From NCBI RefSeq assembly GCF_004010195.1, contig NC_057719.1, positions 92,498,037 through 92,562,036 on the forward strand: 64,000 nt of DNA. Direction: 5' to 3'. The position numbers and the translations under genes are program-made. Below, one piece after another: positions 24,165-36,272 of this stretch (position 1 is the stretch's first letter; each line of letters begins with the position of its first letter). The notes below the pieces were generated by a model. It was not told where the DNA came from, made no database searches, and saw only the letters and a list, made by a program, of their open reading frames with translations. The stretch is from Chiloscyllium plagiosum. Taxonomy: Eukaryota.

Positions 24165-25570
24165 ACCAGTCACTGACCATCTGATAATGAGGCACTCCCG
24201 CAGTGCTGACTATCTACATCTATGGCACACCCTCAATTCTGACCCCATTACATTGAGGAACTGCCTCAGAGTGGACCCTCTGACAGTGAGTTGCTCCCTC
24301 AGTGTGGACCCTCCGACAAGAGGCATTGCCTCAGAACTGACCCTTAAACAATGAGGCACTGTCTCGGAACTTCCCTGTCGATGATAGTGCAGTCCCCTTG
24401 TGCTGACCTGCTGACACTGAGGCCCTCGCTCAATGCTGATCCGCTTACAAGAAGCCCGTACCTCAGTCTGACAATAATGAGCTCCCACAGTTCTGTCCCT
24501 TTGACAGTACCTCAGTCCTGACCCTTTAAGGATGTGGAACTCCCTCAAGGTGAGTTGAAAATGAGGTACTGCCTCAGAACTGATAAGAAATGCATTCCCG
24601 CACACTCACTGTCTGATGATGAGGCCCTCTCGCAGTGCTGACACTCTGACAATGCTGCACTGCCTCAGTACTGTCCCTCTGCACACCCTCAACTCTGACT
24701 ACATTTCACTGAGGCACTGCCTCACACAGCACCCGTGACAGTGTGGCACTCCTCAGTACATACCTTCTAATAAAGCTGCACTGCTTCAGAACTAACATTC
24801 TCACAACGAGGCAATCCATCTGACAAAGCGGCACTCCCTCAGGATTGCAATCAGGCACTTCCTCAGTCCTGACTCTTTGACAATCAGACACTTCCTCAGT
24901 CCTGACCCTCTGACAATCAGGCACTTCCTCAGTCCTGACCCTCTGATCGTGTGGCCTTCCCTCAATTCTGACCCTATTACAATGAGGTACGGTCTCAGTA
25001 CTAACCATCTGACGATGATCCGCACCTTTCAGTCCTGACCCTCTGACAAAGAGACACTGTCTCAGCTCTGGGCGAATGTGAGGACTGCAGATGCTGGAGA
25101 TCTGAGTCTAGATTAGAGTGGTGCTGGAAAAGCACAACAGGTCAGGCAGCATCCGAGGAGCAGGAAAATCAACACTTCGGGGAATGATGAAGGGCTTTTT
25201 CCCGAAGCATCGATTTTCCTGCCCCTCGGATGCTGCCTGACCTGCTGTGCTTTTCCAGCACCACTCTAATCTAGACTGTCTCAGTACTGACCCTCTGATA
25301 CTGAGGCAGTCTCTCAGTGCTGACCCTCTGGCAGTGCTGCACTATCTCAGTTCCAAATGAGTGGCACTCCCTCACTTCTGACCCGAATAAAATTAGGTAG
25401 CGGCTCAATTTGATCCTCAAACAATGATACTCAGCCTCAGGGCTGACCCTCTGGCAATGGAGCACTACCTCAGGACTGACCTGCTGACAGTAAACACACC
25501 CCTTCAGTAATGATGATTTGACACTCCTTCACCTCCTCTGTAGTGACCCTCTGACAATGAGGCACTCCCT
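24165..25570. repeat. Degenerate 33-bp minisatellite (consensus ~GCACTCCCTCAGTACTGACCCTCTGACAATGAG)
   Basis: Clean 33-bp period at ~24855-24945; decayed units throughout. Confidence 0.9.
25070..25274. mobile_element. Penelope-derived palindromic element (family A) inserted in the minisatellite
   Basis: Arms AGTCTAGATTAGAGTGGTGCTGGAAAAGCAC / GTGCTTTTCCAGCACCACTCTAATCTAGACT; decayed hammerhead core in the centre; ACTGTCTCAG on both sides. Confidence 0.8.
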
Positions 25571-25790
25571 CTGCACACCCACAGACACGAAAACAGAAAT
25601 TGCTGGAAAAGCTCAGCGGGTCGGGAATGTCTGTGGAGAGAAATCAGAATGACATTTCGGGTCCAGTTGATGGTAGCTAGTAATCTATCATATTTAAGCA
25701 GAAGATAGAGTGGTGGGAGGTGGGGAGGAGTAAACAGTAGATTAGATTCTCTACAGTGTGGAAACAGGCCCTTCAGCCCAACAACTCCAC

Positions 25791-26290
25791 NNNNNNNNNN
25801 NNNNNNNNNNNNNNNNNNNNNNNNNNNNNNNNNNNNNNNNNNNNNNNNNNNNNNNNNNNNNNNNNNNNNNNNNNNNNNNNNNNNNNNNNNNNNNNNNNNN
25901 NNNNNNNNNNNNNNNNNNNNNNNNNNNNNNNNNNNNNNNNNNNNNNNNNNNNNNNNNNNNNNNNNNNNNNNNNNNNNNNNNNNNNNNNNNNNNNNNNNNN
26001 NNNNNNNNNNNNNNNNNNNNNNNNNNNNNNNNNNNNNNNNNNNNNNNNNNNNNNNNNNNNNNNNNNNNNNNNNNNNNNNNNNNNNNNNNNNNNNNNNNNN
26101 NNNNNNNNNNNNNNNNNNNNNNNNNNNNNNNNNNNNNNNNNNNNNNNNNNNNNNNNNNNNNNNNNNNNNNNNNNNNNNNNNNNNNNNNNNNNNNNNNNNN
26201 NNNNNNNNNNNNNNNNNNNNNNNNNNNNNNNNNNNNNNNNNNNNNNNNNNNNNNNNNNNNNNNNNNNNNNNNNNNNNNNNNNNNNNNNNN
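25791..26290. other. Assembly gap (500 N)
   Basis: Run of n. Confidence 1.
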
Positions 26291-26500
26291 TCACTGCCAC
26301 AGAAGGCTGTGAAGGCCAGGTCATTAAGTGTATTTAAGACTGAGACAGATAGGTTCTTGAGTATCAAGGGGATCAAGGATTACAGGGAGAAAGTGGGTGA
26401 ATAGGGTTGAGAAAATAATCAGCCATGACTGAATGGTGGAACAGACGCAATGGGCTGAATGGCCTAATTTCTGCTCCTATGTTTTATGGCCTAATGGTCT
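26291..26500 (+). mobile_element. CR1-like LINE 3' tail
   Basis: CACAGAAGGCTGTG...GGGCTGAATGGCCTAATTTCTGCTCCTATG. Confidence 0.8.
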
Positions 26501-26614
26501 TTTTGTGTTTCATCTGCAAATTTGGCTTCAGTACATTTGCTTCTGTCACTAAAGTGAAAATCCTCAAGTGAACACTTTAATAAGTTTTTGTATTATGTTC
26601 CATACATGACCATT

Positions 26615-26818
26615 CATTTAGCTCAGTTGGCTGGACTACTGGCTTGTATTGCAGAGTACTGCCAGTTGTAGAGGTTTAAATCCCTGACTGACTGAAGTGA
26701 CCATGAAGGAGTCTCCCCACCCTCTCCCCTTGCCTGAGGTATCGTGTCCCTCATGTTAAACTATCATCAGTTACCTCTCTCTCTAATGAGAGAGCGGGAC
26801 TATGGTAACTTTGCCTTA
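26615..26818 (+). mobile_element. Old tRNA-derived SINE (not HE1)
   Basis: TAGCTCAGTTGG A box and GGTTTAAATCCC B-box-like motif. Confidence 0.55.
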
Positions 26819-27166
26819 TCTGTCATGTCTGATTGAAATGACAGTAATGTAGTTTATTTTGCATTTTATTTCATAAAGTACAGTATACTTTTGCAACAAA
26901 AAAGTAATCGATTCATGTAAATTATCTAATTTTATTATTTAACAATTCAGTATCATCATTAAAACATATTCTGTCACAACCATATTGTTTGTTTTCCCAA
27001 ACAAGTCATAGGTTTGTTTTCCCAAATTGTAAAAAAGAACACTTTGAAAATGCTGCAATCCTCATGTCCCTGTGGAGATTTCCAGAGAGTATAGATAATA
27101 GGCTTTATTAACTCTGAGTTGAGTTCAGTCGGATAGTTCATCGAGGCAGAGTAGTGCATTCAGTAG

Positions 27167-27234
27167 ATGCACGGAATAGCTCTGATTGCCAATGAAATAT
27201 ATTCCATGACCCTGGCTATCATTGGGTGTTCTGA
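27167..27234 (+). pseudogene. GPR139-like GPCR pseudogene, coding exon 1
   Basis: ATG...MHGIALIANEIYSMTLAIIG followed by a GTAAGT donor at 27235; parallels exon 1 of the intact paralogue; 68 nt, one base out of phase with exon 2. Confidence 0.75.
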
Positions 27235-27567
27235 GTAAGTGGGTTTACACAGAAACTGTTTTTCCTGTGGGACTGATACAGACCTTTATGCAGACACCTG
27301 AATCACTGTTATAATTTCATTTTCAAAGCATCAATTGGGCTGAATTAACTTGACTGTGAGTTTCTGATTGTGGTTTGGAAGCAGTGAGGACTGCAGATGC
27401 GGGAAAGTCAGAGTCCATAAAGTGTGGAGCTGGAAAAAGCACAGCAGCACAAGCAGCATTAGAGTCGATGTGTTGGGCAGGACCTGACGCTAAACCCCCT
27501 GCTTTTCTGATGCTGCCTGACCTGTTGTGCTTTCTCGACTCTGATTGTAGTTTGCATGATTGTGTTT

Positions 27568-27886
27568 AGATTACATTACATTACATTACATTACAGTATG
27601 GAAACAGGCCCTTCGGCCCAACAAGTCCACACCGACCTGCCGAAGCGCAACCCACCCATACCCCTACATTTACCCCTTACCTAACACTACGGGCAATTTA
27701 GTATGGCCAATTCACCTGACCTGCACATCTTTGGACTGTGGGAGGAAACCGGAGCACCCGGAGGAAACCCACGCAGACACGAGAGAACGTGCAAACTCCA
27801 CACAGTCAGTCGCCTGAGGCGGGAATTGAACCCGGGTCTCAGGCGCTGTGAGGCAGCAGTGCTAACCACTGTGCCACCGTGCCTCC
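27568..27886 (-). mobile_element. Full-length young HE1 SINE
   Basis: Complete head, body and (TGTAA)n tail. Confidence 0.95.
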
Positions 27887-28269
27887 CACAATAACGCAAT
27901 AATGCACCAGTGATGTCTCATCAACCTGAATCAATGTAGTTACAGCACAGATAGCCTTTCTACGTATCAGAAACACAAAAAAATGCTGGAGAAACTCTGC
28001 AGGTCTGGCAGCATCTGTGCAGAGAAAGCAGCGTCAATGTCTTGAGTACTTCCTTCAGAAATGCATCTGTTCAACCCGTGAAACTGATTTTGATAACTTT
28101 TTGTAAGTTCTCTGTTCTCTCTGTTGTAGACTCTGTTCTCTCTCCAGAACCACTGAGTTTCTCTAGCAATTTCTGTTTTTGCTTCAGATCTTCAGCATCA
28201 GCACTTGTTTGGGATATTTTCGAATCAGTCTGTTCAGAGGTGACATGACCCACCTGAGATTGCAAAAAC

Positions 28270-28665
28270 GGGGATGTGATGTTGGAGCTGTACAGGTCCT
28301 TGGTGAGGCCACAGCTGGAGTACAGTGTGCGGCTCTAGTCCCCACACTACAGGAAGGACGGGATCGCACTGGAGGGGGTGCAGAGGAGATTCACCAAGAT
28401 GTTGCCTGGGATTGGAGGTATTCAGAGGTGACGGAAAGGCTGGATAGGCTCGGGTTGTTGTCTTTGGAGCAGAGGAGGCTGAGCGGGAGCTGATCGAGGT
28501 TATGAGGGTGCTGATGGAGTTTAGAAGGACGAGGGTAATCTGATTGAAACTTTCAGAACACGGAGAGGCCTGGATAGAGTGGATGTGGAGAAGATGTTTC
28601 TAATAGTAGGAGAGACTAGGGCCCGAGCGCACAGCCTCAGAACTAAGGGATGATCCTTTAATGCT
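28270..28665 (+). mobile_element. CR1-like LINE 3' fragments
   Basis: RPQLEYSVRL and ERLDRLGLLSLEQRRL motifs. Confidence 0.8.
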
Positions 28666-29669
28666 GGGAAGTGATTCAGTCAGAAAACTTAGCAGCACAA
28701 GCTCATTTTCTCAGGCCGGGTTATTTCCATGTTTCTACTGCCCTTTCTGTTAGTGAAAGGCAGGAAAGTCACCCTTGAGCCTGCCTGTATCTCTTTGCTC
28801 AGTTAACATCCTCCTTATGACTTCAAACCAAGTGTTTGCCTCCCCATCCTATCTGGTCTGGTGTGTGACTGCTCCTCCATTTGGTGTGGTGGTGGTGAGG
28901 GGAGTGGGCGGGTTGGGAGGGGGGGGAAGGGTAGTGAGGGGGTGGCGGTGGGAGATGAGGGGATGCTGCGATGCTGGATTGTTTTCACTCACTTCATCGT
29001 CCCACCTCATCCTGTTCTCCTGCTGCTCCCCTCCAACACCAAAAGTTTCCATCTGGTCAAACCGAAATCTACTCAGGATACGCTTCCTTGCACCCTCCCA
29101 ATTTCGATTCAGTCAGGACTTTTGCTAAAGCTTCATCCAATTGGTTCAGACGACCCTAAATGACCCGTCACTCTCTCTCTTTCTGTCTGTCTCTCACTCA
29201 CTCTCTCTCTCTCTAGCTCCCCAAGAGAGTTGTCATGACTCCCTGCCTGTCCGGCCTCCCAGTTCTTGCCCTCCAATCCAGTTTGACCACCTCACCATGG
29301 ATCAGCAGTATATCGGCACGTTTTACCACCTGACATCCACAGGGAATGGAGGAGATGGAATTTCCCAATGGAGCTGGAGATCCCACTTTGATACATGACT
29401 ATTGGGCTGCCCCATACCCCTGGCGTCCTCGTGGCTTTCCTGCTCCAATTGACAGTGACCCAGCGCATTGTCATCACAAGAAACTCTGTCTTCTCACGGT
29501 AGCACTTACATCTCCACCAACCCGTCTTCTCACTCTTTCGCCTCGTTCACATTTCAGGAGAATCATACACAGAATGGTGAACGTCTTCCCTTTAAATATC
29601 CCCTCTTGTTCTCCCAACCTTTTCTTAGCAGTTCATTGCTGATGTGATCCAGGTCAGATACAAATATTA

Positions 29670-29868
29670 GCCAAAAGTGAGGACTGCAGATGCTGGAAAT
29701 TAGAGTCGAGAGTATGGGGCTGGAAAAGCACAGCAGATCAGGCAGCATCCAAGGAGCAGGAGAATTGACGTTTCGGGCAAAAGCCCTTCATCAGGAAGGT
29801 ATTCCGAAAGATCGATTCCCCTGCTCCTCAGATGCTTCCTGACATGCTGTTTTTCCAGCACCACACTT
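29670..29868. mobile_element. Penelope-derived palindromic element (family A) with 14-bp target-site duplication
   Basis: AGATACAAATATTA at 29656-29669 and 29869-29882; inverted arms GCTGGAAAAGCACAGC / GCTGTTTTTCCAGC. Confidence 0.85.
29767..29794 (-). ncRNA. Minimal hammerhead ribozyme motif
   Basis: Minus strand CTGATGA-A-GGGC-tttt-GCCC-GAAA-CG-TC. Confidence 0.65.
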
Positions 29869-30109
29869 AGATACAAATATTATCAACCTGACAGGTTCAC
29901 ACAGCTTCTTTCCCAACTGGTGCTACCTGAGCAGTTGCGTGTTTCCATTTATTCATATATACATGCTAGTTTAATTGTAAAATCACATTCCCAGCTCTCT
30001 GAGTATTTCCTTTTATTGTCGAGGGATTGCACCTGAATAGCTGGAAGTGTCAAATGAGTCTGAGGCATTGGGGAGGTGGAATCTCTGATTTAAGGTCCAT
30101 GTCTTAAGA

Positions 30110-30545
30110 TCAAAAGAAGTAGAAACAGGAATAGACCATTCAGCTCCATGAGTTCACTCTGCCTTTCAATTGGATCATGGATGGTCGGACCTTCCTCACT
30201 TTCCTGCCCTTTTCCCATACCCTGACTGATCAAGAGTCCACCTGTCTCAGCCTATACACAAGGAGTCTGCTCTTACAGCTCTCTGTAGGAAGGAGTTCCA
30301 AAGACATCCAGCCCTCTGAGGGAAGAAATTCCTCCCTACCTCAGTCTTAAAGTGGTTCTCCTTTATTCTGAGACTGTGCCCTCTGGTCCTCTATTCTCCC
30401 ATGATGTGAAACATCCTCTCAGCATTTACACTGTCAAGCCCCTTAAGAATCTGACATGTTTCAATGAGATCACTTCCCATTCTTTTAAACATTAGTAAAT
30501 AGAATCCAAACCTGTTTAACTTCTGTACATACAACAATCCCTTCA
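30110..30545 (-). mobile_element. CR1-like LINE 3' fragment
   Basis: GAAGAAATTCCTCC...CTGAGACTGTGCCCTCTGG pattern shared with other CR1 tails in the window. Confidence 0.75.
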
Positions 30546-30981
30546 TTATCAAGGGTCATTCTAGTTTTCTGGCCCCAACAGCCATTGGAATGTCCTGGCC
30601 CACCAATGACTACTCAGCTCCTCATCCAGACGTGTGCACCCACTGGAAACTGTGGTAACATGGTGGAATCTGGAGTAGAAAGTCCGGTGCAGGTAACATC
30701 CAAACGGAAGTGTGTCTGACCACGCATTAATTGACCAAATCCCATAGCGATCTGAAGATGCAAACATAATGCGTTTGATCCTTCACATTATGGACCCTTC
30801 GCCTCTCAGGATCTGGGAATGGGCGTGGTGTGAAAGTCAAAGAAAGTCATTGCCATTTGTCCAAACCCACAAGTAGTGTGCTTCCATTTTCACGGATGCT
30901 GAATTTCACCTCCCTTCAGCTTTCTACTTTCCTACACTAGGTTGCTTATGGTAAAAAATGCAAAGCCAGTTAAATTTGTTA

Positions 30982-31136
30982 ATGTGAAGGTGCTGGTGTT
31001 GGACTGCGGTGCACAAAATCAGAAGCCACATGCCACCAGGTTATAGTCCAACAGGTTTATTTGAAATCATAAGCTTTTGGAACGCTGCTCCACAGTAAAA
31101 TAAACTTGTTGAACTGTAACCTGGTGATGTATGACT
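30982..31136. mobile_element. Penelope-derived palindromic element, family B
   Basis: Arms ACCAGGTTATAGTCCAACAGGTTTATTT / AAATAAACTTGTTGAACTGTAACCTGGT; AGTTAAATT on both flanks. Confidence 0.7.
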
Positions 31137-31338
31137 AGTTAAATTCAAGGTTGGGAATATCACTCAAACTTATTAATATATCAAGCAGGAAGCGAACTAA
31201 GACTTATCCCATAAACTCTCAGTGTGTTAGGCCTGGGAATAGGCATATCTGAGATGAACCAAAATCATAAATGTGATGCTTAAACAATTTAATGCCTCTT
31301 TTGTTTGATTCAAACATGTTCTCTTCTCGCTCTTGCAG

Positions 31339-32266
31339 TTAATTTAGTGGCGCTCATGATCCTGTCTCAGGGAAGCTGTGGTCTGTCCTCCTGCACCACT
31401 TGTTATCTGGTGGCCATGGCAGCATCATATCTGATGGTTCTTATCACTGAGGTTATACTGAGGCACATCAATTCTTATTATTTCCATTATCTTTCTTGGA
31501 TATCAGTCCTGTGTGCAAGATAATCTATTTCTTGTCAACAGCTGCCACCGTCTGCTCTGTTTGATTCATGGTCACTTTCAGCTTTGAGTGATTTGTCATT
31601 ATCTGCTACCGGAGACTGAAACCTGAACATTGCAAAAAGACAAATGCAGTTGCAATTCTATCAATAATGTACAGCCTGATCTGTTTAATACATGTTCCTT
31701 TCTACTTTAGATTTAAACCTTATACAATATTTCACAACCTACCATGGTTCCATGTTTCAAAGCTGAGCTATTTTAGTGAGCTCAGCTGGGTGGGATTTAC
31801 ATGGTTCCTTACACTTGTTAATCCATTGCTGCCATTTATTCTAATTCTGCTACTCAATGCTCTGACAGTCAGACACATTATAGTGGCCAGTCGAGTCCAG
31901 AAGGGACTGAGGAGACAGGGCAAGGGAGAGAATCACAGTGACCCAGAAATGGACAGCAGGAGGAAGCCTGTGATTTTACTCTTTACCATTTCCAGCAGTG
32001 TTGTGATTTTGTGGTCAGTATATGTGATAAATTTCATTTATAACATTATTCCTGCAACTGATCCCACAGATGGTGATAATTCTTTATTCATATTTGAACA
32101 AGTTGGAGTTATGTTCGTGAATTTAAGTTGCTGCACAAATGCATTTATTTACGGGGTGACACAATCCAAATCAAGAAAGCAGCGAGATGTACTTTTTGCA
32201 TCAATCAACATTGTGATTAGCCAAATTAGCCAAATGCAGATCCCAAAGTTTCCAAATTGTGGATGA
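31339..32266 (+). pseudogene. GPR139-like class A GPCR pseudogene, coding exon 2
   Basis: Acceptor TCTTGCAG then NLVALMILSQGSCGLSSCTTCYLVAMA; frameshift ~31490; in-frame TGA at 31562 (CSVW) and 31589 (E/DRF); then LLPFILILLLNALTVRHII, DPEMDSRRK, LSCCTNAFIYGVTQSK. Confidence 0.92.
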
Positions 32267-32334
32267 TGCTTTAATATTTGTAAATATCTGCATTGACTGG
32301 TTTGAGGGGTGGGTGATTTAAATGTTACTGGTGA

Positions 32335-32620
32335 GGGCACAGCCTTAAAGTAAAGGGAAGACCCTTCAGAACGTAGGTAAGGAGAAACTTCTTTAGACAG
32401 AGAGTGGTGAATCTGTGGAATCGTTGCCACAGATTGTGGAGGCCGCGTCATTGAGTATAAGTAAGACAGAGATATATAAGTCCTTGATTGTCAAAGGGAT
32501 CAAGGGTTACAGGGAGAAAGTGGGAACAGGAGATTGAAAAAAACCTATCAGCCATGATGGAATGGCGGAGCAGGCTCGATGGGCCGAAAGGTCTAATATC
32601 TGTTCCTATGGTCTTATGGC
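32335..32620 (+). mobile_element. CR1-like LINE 3' tail
   Basis: GGGCACAGCCTTAAAGTAAAGGG...AGAGAGTGGTGAATCTGTGGAAT. Confidence 0.8.
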
Positions 32621-34734
32621 TTAGAGGGGGCAACATTCTTAACATGTAACCAGGAGAACATTCATACCAACACGTACGAAGTAACACAAGGGTGAAAGCT
32701 CCTGGATCTAATTTTGTGAGTGGAATTGAAGTGACAATTGTCAGCTTTGCAGATTGAGCCAAGTTCATCAACAGTAAAAGAGGTGACCGCTGCTCAAATA
32801 GCCAGACAGCTCAACCTTTCACAACTTGAACAACTCACCACTTTGAAACTGAGGATCCGAAAGATGATTTACCACATCTTATGCAATTTTTCAAGAGCAG
32901 CAAAGAATAAGATTGTCTCTATTTTGGTGCACAGTTGATTTTTTAAAAAAATTATCATTTGGAGTTTGAAATGAATTGTGGATTTTGCAGACACCTTGAA
33001 ATAAGCAGATCTGGAAAATGAAAATCTGGGAGTTTTCTGGCTCTATTCCCACATTCTTGCTGTCAATTCAATAAGTAGGAACAGAAATTTCTCCAAAAGA
33101 GCATCTGGAAATTTATTATTCATTGCAATTAAAGGCAATTATGTTAAACCCACTATGGTTATCAACCCCAACATTAATTTAATACAATACAATACAGTTG
33201 CACAGCACAGTCTGACAACTGTCTGAATATAGTTAAAATCTGAGAATGACAAGGTCAAATATGAATGCAGATTGAATGTTTTGAAATGTCAAATTTCCTG
33301 GACTACACAGAAATCCCAATCCAGGCAGCAGTTAGAATTCTGCATCAGTTAGCCGAATTTATTCACAAACAACATCGAACATTTACTGAGCCAACTTATC
33401 TCCAGCAGCATTACAGCTCAATCCTCATTCACCTTGGTCCCATGTGGAATTCATACATCTCCATTTCAAGATTTAAACTTGCCTCTTCCCTGTATTGCTT
33501 GCAAAGAGTCTGAACAACACTTGTTCCACCCCAAGAAGTTGCTCAACGTTAATTAGGTTTAACTTGAACTTTTGAAACTTGACACGTATGCCACTGCTTT
33601 AGACTCCACAGGATCTGAAGCAGTCCATGGCCCCTTTGCAGAAAGATCTGAACAATAAAAGACATTTGGATAGATCCATGAATAGGAAAGGTTTGGAGGT
33701 ATATGGGCCAGGAGCAAGCAGGTGGGACCAGTTCAGTATGGGATTACCTTCAGCATGGACTAGTTGAAATATGACTGAATGGCAGAAAAACCTGTATTTA
33801 TAGATGCTTCAATCTTCCACATCGTGAATAATTTAAAATTACAGGTGGTGATAATTACAACTGTGCAACACATGGATTTAGGTAGGTTGTTACATTTGTT
33901 ACAACAGAGTATAGAAGGCAATATTACGACAAAGTTTACTGAGCAGATGAAATCTCCCTGTGCTGTTGTGGAACCTGTTCCTAAAGGACTGACGCTAACA
34001 GCTACATGGAGCCACATCATCACAACCGGGAGACCCCACATTCCAAGTGAGGGGACAGTTTCAGACCGGGCAGTGATGCAAATCCTGCCAAACATGAGAC
34101 TAACCTGATCCCACAATCCAAATAATGACTGAAGTCTTCTGATTAATGATATACTTCACTTAAACTTGAGCTTACCATGTCCGCCTCTCAGTAACTTACA
34201 TTTGCAATAGGGGTCAGCATATCCCTCCAGTACAAGTGACACTTGAACCCATGATGTAGTTAGCCAGGCTGCTGTGGTCTCACTGCTGGTGTTAATCACA
34301 TTTGACCATGCTCATCCCATTCTGCTGGTGCAACACAAATAATGAAGTTGACCATTATTTAGTATTGGCGATGTCCCACGCTATCGGTAGAAGTGACTGT
34401 ACTGCATTGATATGAGAATGATGATCTCATTGACATGAGATGTAGTAAAAATATCAGTTCATTAACGCTGGTGCCCTGCAGATACACCGGAGAAAACCGT
34501 GCTGCTCTGGTACTAGTGCCCAGCTACAAATATCTAGATGTGGTTCTTTGGTAATGGTTGTACAGTGACACTTGATCAAACAAAGATATTCTGATAAGAA
34601 CAGTACTATTAAATGAACATGAGGCATCGCAGTGCTTCTTTGCTGTGATACTTTTCTGATATTTACATTTACGCTTTGAGTGCTTTTCCACAGAGAATTA
34701 CACTAATTATTTTCATAGGGGCTAACCGTGCTCC

Positions 34735-35126
34735 CATAAACCCTTCTTCAGGAATGAGGCTGGTGTGCCAAGCGGGCTGAGATTAAAGGTTGGGGGAGGG
34801 GGTGGAATTTGGTGGAGGAGCGCTGGGAATACGATAGGTGGAAGGAGGTGAGGGTGAGGGTGATAAGCCGGAGAGGTCGGGAAGGAGATTGCAGGTCAAG
34901 AGGGCGGTGCTGAATCCGGGGGTTGGGGACTGAGCTAAGGTGGGGGGGAAGGGGAAATTAGGAAGCTGGAGAAATCTGCATTCCTCCCTTGTGGTTGGAG
35001 GGTTTCTAGGTGGAAGATGAGGCGCTCTTCCTTCAGGCGTCGTGTGGCCAGGGTCTGGCGATGGAGGAGGCCAAGGACCTGTATGTTCTTGGCGGAGTGG
35101 GATGGGGAGTTAAAGTGTTCAGCCAT
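34735..35126 (-). mobile_element. Penelope family A 3' fragment (GIY-YIG C-terminus)
   Basis: AEHFNSPSHSAKNIQVLGLLHRQTLATRRLKEERLIFHLETLQPQG. Confidence 0.85.
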
Positions 35127-35249
35127 GGGTCATGTGGAATATAAATAGCAACTGATGGGATGAATAGTTTGTGTGTGCTCCTGATTCAAGGTTCAAGCAA
35201 AAGAGAAGTCGCAAACAATCACACTGACATTCCAAATTAATTGGAACAG

Positions 35250-35637
35250 TTATAGGGCCATCCAGCACAGAAACAGACCCTTCAGCCCCCCAATCCATGC
35301 TGAGCATAATCCCAAGCTAGACTAGTCCCACCTGCCTGCTCCTGGCCCATATCCCACCAAACCTTTCTTATTCATGTACTTGTCTTTTAAACATTGTAAT
35401 TGTACACACATCCACTGGTTCCTCAGAAAATTCATTCCAAAAATCAACCACTCTCTGTGTAAAATATTTGCTTCACATGTCTTTTTTAAATCTTTAAAGA
35501 TTTACCCCCTTTTCTTGAAATCCCCCATCTTTGGGAAAAGACAACTACCATTAATTCTATCTGTACCCCTCATTAGTTTAAAAACCTCTTTAAGGTGACT
35601 TCCCAAGATCCTTTACTCCAGTGAAGAGAAGTCTCAG
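35250..35637 (-). mobile_element. CR1/HER1 3' fragment abutting the LTR element
   Basis: CAGCACAGAAACAGACCCTTC...TAAGGTGACTTCCC reverse-complement tail. Confidence 0.75.
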
Positions 35638-36272
35638 TGTTATGAAGTTGAAGACATGTGCTGTACCTTTCAGAGAGAGCGAATGCTGTCCTGCACTGAG
35701 AGCTTGCAAGCACCTGTCGTATGACTAACTAGCAGTTTCAGAGTGTACTGCAAAATTAAAAATATGTAGCATTTGCCTGCGAAATGGATACTGAGTTCGT
35801 TGCTGTTTTGACAGTAATTCAAATTTAATGAATCAATTTAAATTATGCCCCAGTAACTAAAACACAATTGAGTTTGAATTTATTGTTTTTGCCAACATCG
35901 AACCGATGGGACGATGTGATGTTAGAGGTATAAAATAGGCTGGCAGTTTGAAAGTCAGACAGAGTAACTGCCATCGACAGTGTAACTGCCATTGAAATAC
36001 TCCCTGTCAAAGGTACTTTTAATATAAAAAATATTTGCAGTAAAATAATGAAAATGACCCAGAGAGATCTTCAGCCAGAACAAGAGAGACAGAGACAATG
36101 ACAGCCGCTGTGTGGTTTTGAAATTAACTTGGTGTAATTTTAGTAAGTATCTTATTGGAACGGCATATTGTTATAAAGTTGGAGGCAGACAGTAAGCAGT
36201 TAAGAGAAAGGGGGGCTTAGAGTTGTGAATACTTTTTGTTTAATGTTGACTTTTAGAGTTAAGGAATGAATT
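35638..36272 (+). repeat. 5' LTR of Gmr1-type element (3'-truncated)
   Basis: Homologous to 40416-~41025 (e.g. GGCAGTTTGAAAGTCAGACAGAGTAACTGCCAT, TATAAAA box) and then jumps straight into gag. Confidence 0.9.

Noticed and set aside
24165..25570. CRISPR-like array or Cys-rich repeat protein
   Set aside because: Contiguous 33-bp units with no unique spacers in eukaryotic DNA; the ORFs are a by-product of the unit length
25504..26376. Long ORFs across N runs (also 12863-13265 and 47694-48899)
   Set aside because: Their length is an artefact of X translation through assembly gaps
31667..32266. 199-aa ORF as a stand-alone membrane protein gene
   Set aside because: It is the TM4-TM7 remainder of the GPCR pseudogene, downstream of two in-frame stops
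33779..34730. 109-118 aa overlapping ORFs in unique DNA
   Set aside because: No homology or motif recognised, the plus-strand ORF starts inside a LINE tail, and there is no coherent splice structure
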